Of a stretch of DNA of 26,275 bases, positions 1 to 8,250 are shown piece by piece (the stretch's first letter is position 1; every line of letters starts with the position of its first letter). The translations under genes were made by a program, and so were the position numbers. The notes under the pieces are model-generated. The model worked only from the letters and a program-made list of their open reading frames with translations, was not told the origin of the DNA and made no database searches. Source of the DNA: an uncultured Clostridia bacterium (GTDB lineage: Bacteria > Bacillota > Clostridia > Christensenellales > UBA1242); contig CAJOPQ010000067.1 of assembly GCA_905236445.1 (NCBI GenBank), positions 1 through 26,275 on the forward strand, written 5' to 3'.

Positions 1-447
1 ATTGCTATATGCTATAATGTGAAACATGTGGACACTATTGGGTCTGGAATTACCAACTCTGGGACGGTTAATTCAACAAAAGTCGCTGAAGAAAAAGAAA
101 GTGATGACGACGAGGATGAGTACAATATTACAGGTGCAATATTGAGTGGCGCATTTATTGCATATAATCAGAGTTCATATGGACTTGGTACCATGAGAAT
201 TAATAATTCAGGAGATGTAGGAAATAGCGATACATATATTGCGTGTGGAGGAATGATATGGATACATACGTTTGATAAAACTACTGCTAATTACAGTAAT
301 GTTAAAAACGCTTTTAGTGGTTCTAATAGTGATAATACAGGCACTGTTAGTGTAGCCGGAAATGGTTATTCTGATGACAAATTATTCAATCTAATGGACG
401 AAGAGATAGATCTTACGATTGATTTGTTTGAGAGTACTACTCCATAA
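1..447 (+). CDS. 3' end of a gene that starts upstream of the window; probably a large secreted or surface protein
   Basis: Frame 1 is open from base 1 to TAA at 445-447. The product is Gly/Asn/Ser/Thr-rich with short motifs (GAILSGAFIAYN, YIACGGMIW) reminiscent of GLUG-like beta-solenoid surface proteins. A strong hairpin follows. No family firmly recognised. Confidence 0.6.
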   Translation: MAICYNVKHVDTIGSGITNSGTVNSTKVAEEKESDDDEDEYNITGAILSGAFIAYNQSSYGLGTMRINNSGDVGNSDTYIACGGMIWIHTFDKTTANYSNVKNAFSGSNSDNTGTVSVAGNGYSDDKLFNLMDEEIDLTIDLFESTTP

Positions 448-448
448 C

Positions 449-500
449 AGACAAAAAAAGAAATAATGTGGTGTGCGATGCATTATTTCTTTTTTTGTCT
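449..500. terminator. Intrinsic terminator, potentially bidirectional
   Basis: Perfect 20-bp inverted repeat AGACAAAAAAAGAAATAATG (449-468) / CATTATTTCTTTTTTTGTCT (481-500) immediately after the stop codon. Confidence 0.85.
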
Positions 501-593
501 AAATTATTATTGTGTTATGAATTATTTGTTAAAGGGTGATAAATTTGATAAAATATTGTTAAATATATTAGTATAGTATAAAGAGAATGAAAA

Positions 594-3299
594 ATGATTA
601 CACTTAAGAATATTGGAAAGAGGGTAATAAGACAAGGCAATGAAGTGCAGATACTTCATAATATTAATTTGCAATTTGCAGATACTGGACTAGTTGTTCT
701 TAAAGGTGGCAAAGAGTCTGGCAAATCTAGTCTGCTACGTGTAATTGGTGGAATTGATGAATACACTGACGGCAATATATTTGTAGATGGCGTAGATATT
801 GGACTGCTTGGTAGTAAAGAATTAGAAAACTACCGAACGCATTATGTAGGCTGTGTGTTTGGCGCTAGTGATATTGTAGACGAATTGACATTACGAGACA
901 ACATCGAGATTGGATCGGCATTTGGAAGAATTAAGCCAAAGAAAGCAATACTTGAGGAATTATTTAACAATCTTAGAATAACGTCGGCTATTAACACTTT
1001 GGGCAAAGATTGTACACCAGAGAATAAGGCTTTGACATCTGTGGCAAGGTTGCTAGTAAAGAGTCCTAAAGTGTTGTTAGTTGATAGTCTAGATGACACG
1101 TTGCAATCTGATGCACTGCTAAGAGTGTGGAGGTTGTTGAAGGAAGTTAGCGAATCGCACCTTGTAATTATTGTATCTGATAGTGAGCCATATATTAACA
1201 AGTTCGCAGATAGAGTTGTTGCTATAGACAATGGCACAGTTGTATCCGACACATTGACTCAAAGCAATTCCGTAAGCGTTACTCCAGAGAAAAGCATGAT
1301 GGATAAGTCGGTTTTTTTGAAAAAACACAGGGTGACTCTAGATGCTACAGGAATGTTTTTTAAGTCTATATTCCGTAGCACTCGCAAGTCTATTATTACT
1401 AGTATGGTCTGGGCAGTGTTGGTTGTTATATGTTTTACTATGTTCGGAACGCTATGCACATTCAAGACTAGCCAAGTTATTGCGAAGTCTAGCTATGACC
1501 ATAATGATAATTATATTGAGTTTTACCAAGGCAAAAGCAATACTGACAAGAAAATGCTTAATTATGACAGTACGAGCAATCAAGAAACTGTAATAGAACA
1601 CATGCAAGAATTGAATTATTCTTATATGTGTGCTATGCACGAAGTTGATTGGGAGACTAACATATCTGATGAATTTGTAGTAACTTCATTAATAACTAAT
1701 AGTCAAGATATTGGCGTAGAGGAAGTCAACAAATTTGGTCAAAAGATATTGTCTGGCAAGTATACCGGCCTTGGAGCAATTGCCAATGACGAGGCACATT
1801 CGCAGAATGTTGTGATATCTGATTATATGGCTGAGTGCATTATTAAGTATGGCATCAATGCTGGATTTGCACCGGGGCAAAATGTGACTGGAAAGCTTCG
1901 TAATATTGATTTGTATGATGCAATTACTTCTGGCAATATAACAAGTGTTAACTTCAATATGAATGGCATGAGGTACAACATTATTGGAATCTACAAGACA
2001 GATTTCGATGAGTATGTTAATAATGATTTAACAGTTAAGAAAGGCAAAGAGAAGATATTTGAATATAATCTAAAGCATGTATATTCTGTAATTCATGTTA
2101 ACACCAACTTCTACACAACCAACTCCAGAAGAAGTGATGGTACATTGTTGATCAATGGGCTTAGTGTTACTAATACCAAAGCAGAACTTTTCAATGCTAA
2201 CGATAAGGTAGAAGTGGTTAACTCTAACAGCAATTATTTTAATGAAATTGCTAATTTGTTTGATGAGAGCAAAGTTAGTAGTTTTGAGAGCGTATTCGGT
2301 TCTGACGCAAGTTCGACAACAAAACAAATATATGTATCTTCAGATATAATTTTGACGCTAGTCAATCAATACAAATACAACAACAGCGCAACCGATCAAG
2401 AAGTTGAGCAAGTAACTTTTGAACAAATTAGAGACAAGTGTACTGACGCACGTTCATTGGTTAACTATGCATACGATTATCTTAGAATACAAATCAGTAT
2501 AGGTAGTTTTGCAGAAGAATATACTATTGCTGGTTTTATTCCTGATGAAAGCATACAGAAGACAATTGTTGTTAAAAGCAAGTTGGTTACCGAAGGGGGC
2601 AGATTTAGAGATGAACGATCTGCCTTTGAGAAGATATATATTGCATCTAATTACAAGACAAATACTGTTATAATGCCTGTTAAGATATTTAGTATAGGGG
2701 AAATACAGAACGTAATTGATACTTTGATTGCAGAAGGTGAAGATTTCAAAGTGGAGACTCTAGCAACTGAATCTATATATGGTATCTCTAATACAATTGA
2801 AATATTGCGATGGATATTTGTGGGACTTGCAATTTTGTTCGTATTATTAATGTTATTTACGATTCATAGTTTTGTAAGAAAAACTTTCTTAAATAATGCC
2901 AAGACGATTGGAATGTACAGAGCAATAGGTTGTACAAAGGTTAATATGAATGTAAATATTGCCTTATTTACGCTTATGTTGTATGTGTCGGCGGTGATTG
3001 TAGGTGTATTCTTCGCATGGTTGTTGACTATGCTTAGCAATGTAATTATGCTGTGGACTTATGGACATGCAGTAAGTATATTTACGATTAATATGTTCCT
3101 AACACTTGCCTTTGGCGTGGTTGTGATTATTGGCTGTATTGCCACAGTGCCTAACACTTGCAAAGATTTCCAGAACTTACAACCTTACTATATAATTAAT
3201 TACAACGCTATGCAAGACGCAATTAAGGAAAACGTTAAAAGTAGTCAAGACAATATGGAAGACAAATTGGATAAAGACCAAGACGAAGATAACAGTTAA
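594..3299 (+). CDS. MacB/FtsX-like (type VII) ABC transporter: ATP-binding domain fused to a permease, with degenerate ATPase motifs
   Basis: N-terminal NBD (MITLKNIGK, Walker A GGKESGKS, Walker B VLLVD, FADRVVAIDNGTVV). It is followed by one TM (about aa 270-288), a large soluble domain and three C-terminal TMs with the FtsX-like segment IGMYRAIGCTK. Confidence 0.85.
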   Translation: MITLKNIGKRVIRQGNEVQILHNINLQFADTGLVVLKGGKESGKSSLLRVIGGIDEYTDGNIFVDGVDIGLLGSKELENYRTHYVGCVFGASDIVDELTLRDNIEIGSAFGRIKPKKAILEELFNNLRITSAINTLGKDCTPENKALTSVARLLVKSPKVLLVDSLDDTLQSDALLRVWRLLKEVSESHLVIIVSDSEPYINKFADRVVAIDNGTVVSDTLTQSNSVSVTPEKSMMDKSVFLKKHRVTLDATGMFFKSIFRSTRKSIITSMVWAVLVVICFTMFGTLCTFKTSQVIAKSSYDHNDNYIEFYQGKSNTDKKMLNYDSTSNQETVIEHMQELNYSYMCAMHEVDWETNISDEFVVTSLITNSQDIGVEEVNKFGQKILSGKYTGLGAIANDEAHSQNVVISDYMAECIIKYGINAGFAPGQNVTGKLRNIDLYDAITSGNITSVNFNMNGMRYNIIGIYKTDFDEYVNNDLTVKKGKEKIFEYNLKHVYSVIHVNTNFYTTNSRRSDGTLLINGLSVTNTKAELFNANDKVEVVNSNSNYFNEIANLFDESKVSSFESVFGSDASSTTKQIYVSSDIILTLVNQYKYNNSATDQEVEQVTFEQIRDKCTDARSLVNYAYDYLRIQISIGSFAEEYTIAGFIPDESIQKTIVVKSKLVTEGGRFRDERSAFEKIYIASNYKTNTVIMPVKIFSIGEIQNVIDTLIAEGEDFKVETLATESIYGISNTIEILRWIFVGLAILFVLLMLFTIHSFVRKTFLNNAKTIGMYRAIGCTKVNMNVNIALFTLMLYVSAVIVGVFFAWLLTMLSNVIMLWTYGHAVSIFTINMFLTLAFGVVVIIGCIATVPNTCKDFQNLQPYYIINYNAMQDAIKENVKSSQDNMEDKLDKDQDEDNS

Positions 3300-3306
3300 A
3301 AAGAAG

Positions 3307-3359
3307 TTAGATTATGCCACACAATTGTTAGCAATGAGGGTGGGATAATCTAATTTTTT
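3307..3359 (+). terminator. Intrinsic terminator
   Basis: TTAGATTATGCCAC (3307-3320) / GTGGGATAATCTAA (3340-3353), one mismatch, followed by a T6 tract. Confidence 0.7.
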
Positions 3360-3402
3360 GTTAATGCAATATAAAATATTACATAAAATGTCTTAAAAAG
3401 TA

Positions 3403-3431
3403 TTGACAAAGAGAAAAAAAGTTGGTAAAAT
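3403..3431 (+). promoter_or_regulatory. SigA-type promoter of rplJ-rplL
   Basis: TTGACA (3403-3408), 17-bp spacer, TAAAAT (3426-3431) with extended -10 TG. Confidence 0.85.
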
Positions 3432-3454
3432 TACGCTTGTAAAAAATTAAATCA

Positions 3455-3580
3455 TGTCTTTGCCAAAGACAGCAAGTGATCAATTTGATTGGTCGTAAAT
3501 CTTGCCGAGGGAAAGTGTTATTAGATAATAGGTGTCTCTTATAATCTTCTAATGCTGTTTGGCAATAGAAGATTTTTTAT
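3455..3580 (+). ncRNA. L10 leader (ribosomal protein L10-L12 autoregulatory attenuator)
   Basis: Firmicute L10-leader core CCAAAGACAGCAAG...TAAATCTTGCCGAGG lies upstream of rplJ. A terminator follows: AATCTTCTAATGC/GCAATAGAAGATT plus T-tract (3543-3580). GCTGTTTGGCA in the terminator can alternatively pair with TGCCAAAGACAGC (antiterminator). Confidence 0.85.
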
Positions 3581-3621
3581 TTTACTAATATAAGGGTGTA
3601 AAAATAAAATAAGGAGAGACT

Positions 3622-4110
3622 ATGAGTTCAAATTTAGAAGCAAAGAAGAAACTCGTTGCAGACATTCAAGAAGAGTTGAAGAATGCAAAAAGCATGGTTT
3701 TTGTTGATTATCGTGGAATCACTGTTGCTGAAGATACCGAACTTAGAAAAGCATTTAGAGAGTCAAATGTTACTTACAAAGTATTCAAAAACAGACTTCT
3801 TATCAAAGCTCTAGATGGTCTTGGAATTACTGGCTATGATGCTAAGAATTTCGAGGGTACTACAGCTATTGCTTTCTCTGAGGACGAAGTTGCTCCAGCA
3901 AGAATTTTCTGTGAAACTGCTGAGAAACTTAACAAAATGAGTGTAAAATTTGCAATCGTTAATGGTGCAATAATGGATAAAGCCGAAGTTGAGAAGTTGG
4001 CTAAAGTTCCTAGCAAACCTGTACTTATCTCTATGCTTATGTCTGTACTTCAAGGTCCTATGTCTGCTATGGCAAGAGCTTTGAACGAGATCGCTAAGAA
4101 AGAAGCGTAA
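3622..4110 (+). CDS. rplJ: 50S ribosomal protein L10
   Basis: DYRGITVAEDTELRKAFRE, VFKNRLL, FEGTTAIAFS and LAKVPSKPVL motifs; AAGGAG Shine-Dalgarno (SD) site. Confidence 0.98.
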   Translation: MSSNLEAKKKLVADIQEELKNAKSMVFVDYRGITVAEDTELRKAFRESNVTYKVFKNRLLIKALDGLGITGYDAKNFEGTTAIAFSEDEVAPARIFCETAEKLNKMSVKFAIVNGAIMDKAEVEKLAKVPSKPVLISMLMSVLQGPMSAMARALNEIAKKEA

Positions 4111-4161
4111 GAGAAATAAAAAAAAACAAAAAAATTAAGAATATTGAAGGAGATTATAAAA

Positions 4162-4533
4162 ATGGCAGATTTAAATAAAATCGTAGAAGAAATTGAGAGC
4201 CTAACTGTATTAGAAGTTAGCGAATTAGTTAAATTATTAGAAGAGAAATTTGGCGTTAGTGCTGCTGCACAAGTTGCTGTAGCTGCTACTGGTGCTGCTC
4301 CTGCTGCTGCTGCAGAGGAAAAGAGCGAATTCAACGTTGTATTGAAGGAAGCTGGCGCAAACAAGATTGCTGTTATCAAGATCGTTAAGGAAGTTACTGG
4401 TCTAGGTCTTGGCGAGGCAAAAGCTCTTGTAGATGGTGCTCCTGCAACTATCAAAGAGAACGTTGCTGCTGAAGAAGCTAAAGAGATGGAAGCTAAGCTT
4501 AAAGAAGCTGGTGCTGTTGTAGAACTTAAGTAG
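4162..4533 (+). CDS. rplL: 50S ribosomal protein L7/L12
   Basis: [57 protein letters not shown]. Start reassigned to ATG 4162 because of AAGGAG at 4147-4152. Confidence 0.98.
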   Translation: MADLNKIVEEIESLTVLEVSELVKLLEEKFGVSAAAQVAVAATGAAPAAAAEEKSEFNVVLKEAGANKIAVIKIVKEVTGLGLGEAKALVDGAPATIKENVAAEEAKEMEAKLKEAGAVVELK

Positions 4534-4571
4534 TTATATATAGATTATTTTTACAAACCAAATAAATAATT

Positions 4572-4609
4572 GCAAGCCTTAGATTGAGTTTCTTGGGCTT
4601 GCTTTTTTT
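4572..4609 (+). terminator. Intrinsic terminator of rplJL
   Basis: GCAAGCC/GGCTTGC stem followed by T7. Confidence 0.8.
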
Positions 4610-4623
4610 GTGCATTTATATAT

Positions 4624-4654
4624 AAAAAAATCTCAAATCAAAGATTCGAGATTT
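4624..4654 (-). terminator. Intrinsic terminator of rplI
   Basis: AAATCTCAAATC/GATTCGAGATTT stem with an A-run at 4624-4630 that reads as a U-tract on the minus strand. Confidence 0.6.
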
Positions 4655-4662
4655 GCTTTAAT

Positions 4663-5106
4663 TTATTGTTGTGGTACAACATTGACATTCATCTTAACAA
4701 TCACTGTAGGGTGAAGCCTTAGAGTAGCTGTGTAAGTGCCAACTGCTTTGATTGTTGCGAGTTCTATTTTCTTCTTATCTACATTTAATCCAAGCGACTC
4801 CAGTGCTTCGGATACTTCCTTGTTGGTTACAGAACCGAAAGTTTTGCCGTTTTCTCCACATTTGATAGAGATAACTGGTGTAACGTTCTTGATTTTCTCT
4901 CCCAGAGCAACTGCTGCAAGTCGCTCTTGTTCTGCCTTGTATGCGTTGCTTGCTTGGGCTTGTTTTGCTTCGTTAAGATTAGTCGCTGTGCCTGCCAGTG
5001 CATAGCCATTAGGAATTAAGAAGTTGTTGGCATAGCCATTGTTAACTTCTATAATATCTCCCTTTTTGCCTTTGCCTTTGAGATCTTTCAACAAAACTAT
5101 TTTCAT
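4663..5106 (-). CDS. rplI: 50S ribosomal protein L9
   Basis: MKIVLLKDLKGKGKKGDIIEVNNGYANNFLIP, GKTFGSVTNKEV, IKAVGTYTATLRLHP. Start reassigned to ATG 5106; GGAGG SD at 5118-5122. Confidence 0.97.
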   Translation of the reverse strand: MKIVLLKDLKGKGKKGDIIEVNNGYANNFLIPNGYALAGTATNLNEAKQAQASNAYKAEQERLAAVALGEKIKNVTPVISIKCGENGKTFGSVTNKEVSEALESLGLNVDKKKIELATIKAVGTYTATLRLHPTVIVKMNVNVVPQQ

Positions 5107-5137
5107 AAAAATTTTTTCCTCCGACTGATTTAAAATC

Positions 5138-5166
5138 ATTGTATTACAATAATTGTAACATGTCAA
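5138..5166 (-). promoter_or_regulatory. SigA-type promoter of rplI
   Basis: Minus strand TTGACA (5161-5166), 17 bp, TACAAT (5138-5143). Confidence 0.8.
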
Positions 5167-5268
5167 ATGAATTGGACATTACCTAGTCAACAAAATGATG
5201 CAAAATTTGTGAATAACATCACTGGGCTTTGGAAAAGATAAGAGTAATGTATAATAAAGGAGAATTAT

Positions 5269-5589
5269 ATGGATCTAAAATGTAAAAAATTGAATTGCAA
5301 AAATAACGATAGATATTCTTGCATGAAAGATTGTATTAGGGTAGGTAGTGATAGCAGTTGCAACAGTTTCGAAGTGGCAGAAGATGTAGCAGAAAGAAAT
5401 AAAAAAGATGCGAGCAGGGATATGTTCGAGACGGCGCCAGATTATCACCCATTTAGACTCAAAAGAAATGTAGATATAGAGTGTGGTGCTGATTGTCTAT
5501 TTAATACATCTGGCAAATGCAAAGCCAATGGAATATCTGTGTGCAGTTGTTCTAATGATGCAATATGCACAACTTTTATAAAGAAGTAA
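5269..5589 (+). CDS. DUF1540 domain-containing cysteine-rich protein (two domains)
   Basis: Two copies of the pattern C-x3/4-C-xxN-x3/4-C-x4-I-x-V...C-x-[ST]-F (CKKLNCKNNDRYSCMKDCIRVG..CNSF; CGADCLFNTSGKCKANGISV..CTTF). AAAGGAG SD. Confidence 0.75.
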   Translation: MDLKCKKLNCKNNDRYSCMKDCIRVGSDSSCNSFEVAEDVAERNKKDASRDMFETAPDYHPFRLKRNVDIECGADCLFNTSGKCKANGISVCSCSNDAICTTFIKK

Positions 5590-5607
5590 AAATATGCGAT
5601 ACAGCGC

Positions 5608-5649
5608 AAAAAAAATCCCTTGTTATAATCCAAGGGATAATTTTTTTTT
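5608..5649. terminator. Bidirectional intrinsic terminator between the DUF1540 gene and spt
   Basis: ATCCCTTG/CAAGGGAT stem flanked by an A-run on the left and a T9 run on the right, between convergent genes. Confidence 0.85.
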
Positions 5650-6844
5650 AGTCAGTGATATTCATTGCATCTACTTGATCAAGAACTTCTTTGATAATTG
5701 CTGCTGCTCTATCCATCTGATCTTTGGTATGAGTTGCTGTATAGCTTGTTCTGATTAAGCATTGACCTTCTGGAGTGGAAGGTGGAACTGCTGGATTGGC
5801 ATATACACCATGCTCTGCAAGCATCTTGCACGCAATAAATGTTTTCTTAGGAGTGTATGTGTATATAGGAATGATAGGAGTATCGTCTATCTCAACTATC
5901 TTTACACCATATTCTTTCAACTTACTTCTCATGTAATTAGTAATATCGTGCAATGCTTGAACTCTCTCTGGATGCTCTTTAATTATTTTCAGTGCTGCTC
6001 TTGCACAAGCGCAACTAGCAGGGGTTATAGAGGCTGAGAAGATAAATGGACGAGAAGAGTGCTTAACATAATCAACGACTTCTTTCTTTGCTGCCATATA
6101 TCCACCAAGGCTTGCCAAAGACTTGCTAAATGTGCCCATATAGATATCTACTTCGTCTTCCAATCCGAAGTACTCTGCTGTGCCTCTGCCATGTGCTCCA
6201 AGAACGCCTAGACCGTGTGCATCGTCAACCATAACTCTAGCACCGTATTTCTTTGCAAGCTTGACTATCTCTGGCAATTTGCAGATATCGCCACTCATAC
6301 TAAATACGCCATCTGTTACAATAAGTATTCCTTTGTATTCTGGAACAGATTGCAATTGTCTCTCTAGATCTTCCATATCGCTATGGTTATATCTAAGAAG
6401 TTTTGCATAACTTAATCTGCAAGCATCGTATATACTAGCATGATTCTCTTTATCTCCAATAATTACATCGTTTCTGCCTGCTATTGCAGAAATAATTCCT
6501 AAGTTAGACTGGAAGCCTGTGCTGAATGTAACAACTGCTTCTTTGTGCAAAAATTCTGCCAATTCTTCTTCTAACTTCACATGAATATCAAGTGTACCAT
6601 TCAAGAATCTTGAGCCAGAACAACCAGAGCCATACTTCTCAATTGCTTCAACACCAGCCTTAATTACATCTGGATGGGAAGTAAGTCCCATATAGTTGTT
6701 AGAACCAATCATGATAGTTTTCTGTCCGTTCATAATAACTTCTGTGTCTTGTCCAGATTCTAACGTTTGGAAATATGGATAGATTCCCTCATCTCTGATT
6801 TCTTTTAGTAATGTAATAGATCCACATTTATCAAATAAATCCAT
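5648..6844 (-). CDS. spt: PLP-dependent alpha-oxoamine synthase, serine palmitoyltransferase-like
   Basis: GIYPYF, GSNNYMGL, GSGCSGSRFLNGTLDIH, NHASIYD, DGVFSMSGD, DDAHG, PLP-lysine motif GTFSKSLASLGG, IFSAS. GSRFLNGT and GTFSKS match bacterial SPTs as recalled, rather than Kbl or BioF. Family is certain; substrate is inferred. Confidence 0.72.
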   Translation of the reverse strand: MDLFDKCGSITLLKEIRDEGIYPYFQTLESGQDTEVIMNGQKTIMIGSNNYMGLTSHPDVIKAGVEAIEKYGSGCSGSRFLNGTLDIHVKLEEELAEFLHKEAVVTFSTGFQSNLGIISAIAGRNDVIIGDKENHASIYDACRLSYAKLLRYNHSDMEDLERQLQSVPEYKGILIVTDGVFSMSGDICKLPEIVKLAKKYGARVMVDDAHGLGVLGAHGRGTAEYFGLEDEVDIYMGTFSKSLASLGGYMAAKKEVVDYVKHSSRPFIFSASITPASCACARAALKIIKEHPERVQALHDITNYMRSKLKEYGVKIVEIDDTPIIPIYTYTPKKTFIACKMLAEHGVYANPAVPPSTPEGQCLIRTSYTATHTKDQMDRAAAIIKEVLDQVDAMNITD

Positions 6845-6913
6845 TTAATTTGTTATACAATTAGCAAAAATAATAGGTAAATTATCTGCTAATGTATTTT
6901 CCCCCTTTTTCAT
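6845..6913 (-). other. Possible 22-aa upstream ORF abutting the spt start codon (MKKGENTLADNLPIIFANCITN*)
   Basis: ATG at 6911-6913 is open in the spt frame to TAA 6845-6847, directly followed by the spt ATG. An extended -10 (TGTTATACT, minus strand, about 6927-6935) lies just upstream. Could be chance. Confidence 0.3.
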
Positions 6914-7054
6914 AGATATCGAATCAAGTATAACATATCACTTAATAAAAGTGAAATAATTAGAGCAGATTTGTTACATTTTATTCGTAATTTGTGTGTT
7001 AAGAAGATGAGTGATTAGGTAAACATTAATGAAGAAAAATGTCTATAGATTGTT

Positions 7055-8140
7055 TTAATCTTTGATTTGCTCCCAAGGAAATTCACTTCTACCAAAATGA
7101 CCATAGCAAGCAGTTGCTTTATATATTGGCCTCAACAAATCTAATTCTTTAATAATGTTATCTGGGCTGAAATCGAAGTTTTGCTCAACATACTTTGTTA
7201 ATTCTGACATTGATTTAGTGTTAGTGCCAAAACATTCAATGCAGATTGACACAGGTTCTGCAAGGCCTATCCCGTACGCAACTTGAATTTCACATTCTGA
7301 AGCATAGCCATGTGCAACTATATTTTTTGCGACATATCTGGCATAGTAAGCACCTGATCTATCTACTTTTGTCGCATTCTTGCTTGAGAAACAACCTCCT
7401 CCAACTCGACCTACTCCTCCATAGCTGTCAACTACAATTTTTCTACCTACACAACCACTATCACCAAAACTTCCCCATACGGTAAATTTGCCACTTGGAT
7501 TAATTATAATCTGAGTGTTTTTTCCAATAAGATGTGTATACTCTTCCATGACTGGAGAGATGACGTTGTCTATTATTGCATCTCGTATTGAATTGGTGTT
7601 AAGTTTCTCACTATGAGATACGCTGACAAGAATTGTTGACACTTCCACAGCTTTGTTGTCGTTGTAGATTATCGAGACTTGACTTTTTGCATCAGCAAAG
7701 AATGTATCAGTTTTTCTTCTAAATTCATCATATTTTTTCATAAGTTTGTGCGCAATCATGATAGGTAGTGGCATTAATTCTTTTGTTTCTTGTGTAGCAT
7801 AGCCATATACTATTCCTTGGTCGTTTGCACAAAATTTTTCTTTTACCACTGCTTGATTAATTTCTGGGCTTTGCTCACTTAACTCTTTAATAACTGTAAA
7901 ATCATTACTATATCCAATTTCTTTGAGTATATTTTTGGCTATAGTATCATAGTCTATTTTTGCTTTGGTCGTTGCCTCTCCATAGATAAACAACTTATCA
8001 TTCTTGATTGCACATTCAACTGCCATTTGACTATTCGAATCTTGTGACAATGCTTCATCAAGGAAAGCATCTGCAATGCAATCGCACGTTTTGTCCGGAT
8101 GACCTATGTTAACGGACTCGCTTGTTATTATTTTGATCAT
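7055..8140 (-). CDS. metK: S-adenosylmethionine synthetase (divergent)
   Basis: TSESVNIGHPDK, YGEA, QSPEI, NDQG, DAKSQV, GDSGCVGRKIVVDSYGG, KVDRSGAYYAR, YGHFGR. AAGGAG SD and an upstream SAM riboswitch. Confidence 0.95.
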   Translation of the reverse strand: MIKIITSESVNIGHPDKTCDCIADAFLDEALSQDSNSQMAVECAIKNDKLFIYGEATTKAKIDYDTIAKNILKEIGYSNDFTVIKELSEQSPEINQAVVKEKFCANDQGIVYGYATQETKELMPLPIMIAHKLMKKYDEFRRKTDTFFADAKSQVSIIYNDNKAVEVSTILVSVSHSEKLNTNSIRDAIIDNVISPVMEEYTHLIGKNTQIIINPSGKFTVWGSFGDSGCVGRKIVVDSYGGVGRVGGGCFSSKNATKVDRSGAYYARYVAKNIVAHGYASECEIQVAYGIGLAEPVSICIECFGTNTKSMSELTKYVEQNFDFSPDNIIKELDLLRPIYKATACYGHFGRSEFPWEQIKD

Positions 8141-8206
8141 TTTATCTCCTTATTTATTTTTATTTCCATAAATGTATATTGGAGATGGATTCTGCTTCGA
8201 ACAAAT

Positions 8207-8232
8207 AAAAAACCCATCGGATCCGATGGGTT
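8207..8232 (-). terminator. Riboswitch-controlled intrinsic terminator in the metK leader
   Basis: Minus strand AACCCATCGGATCCGATGGGTTTTTT: near-perfect palindromic stem plus U-tract. Confidence 0.9.
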
Positions 8233-8250
8233 GATATATGTTAGATTAAT

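Noticed and set aside
5648-6844. Annotation as bioF or kbl
   Set aside because: GSRFLNGT, GTFSKSL and the GIYPYF N-terminus fit SPT-like enzymes better, and no bio or tdh genes are adjacent. It is not formally excluded without a phylogeny.
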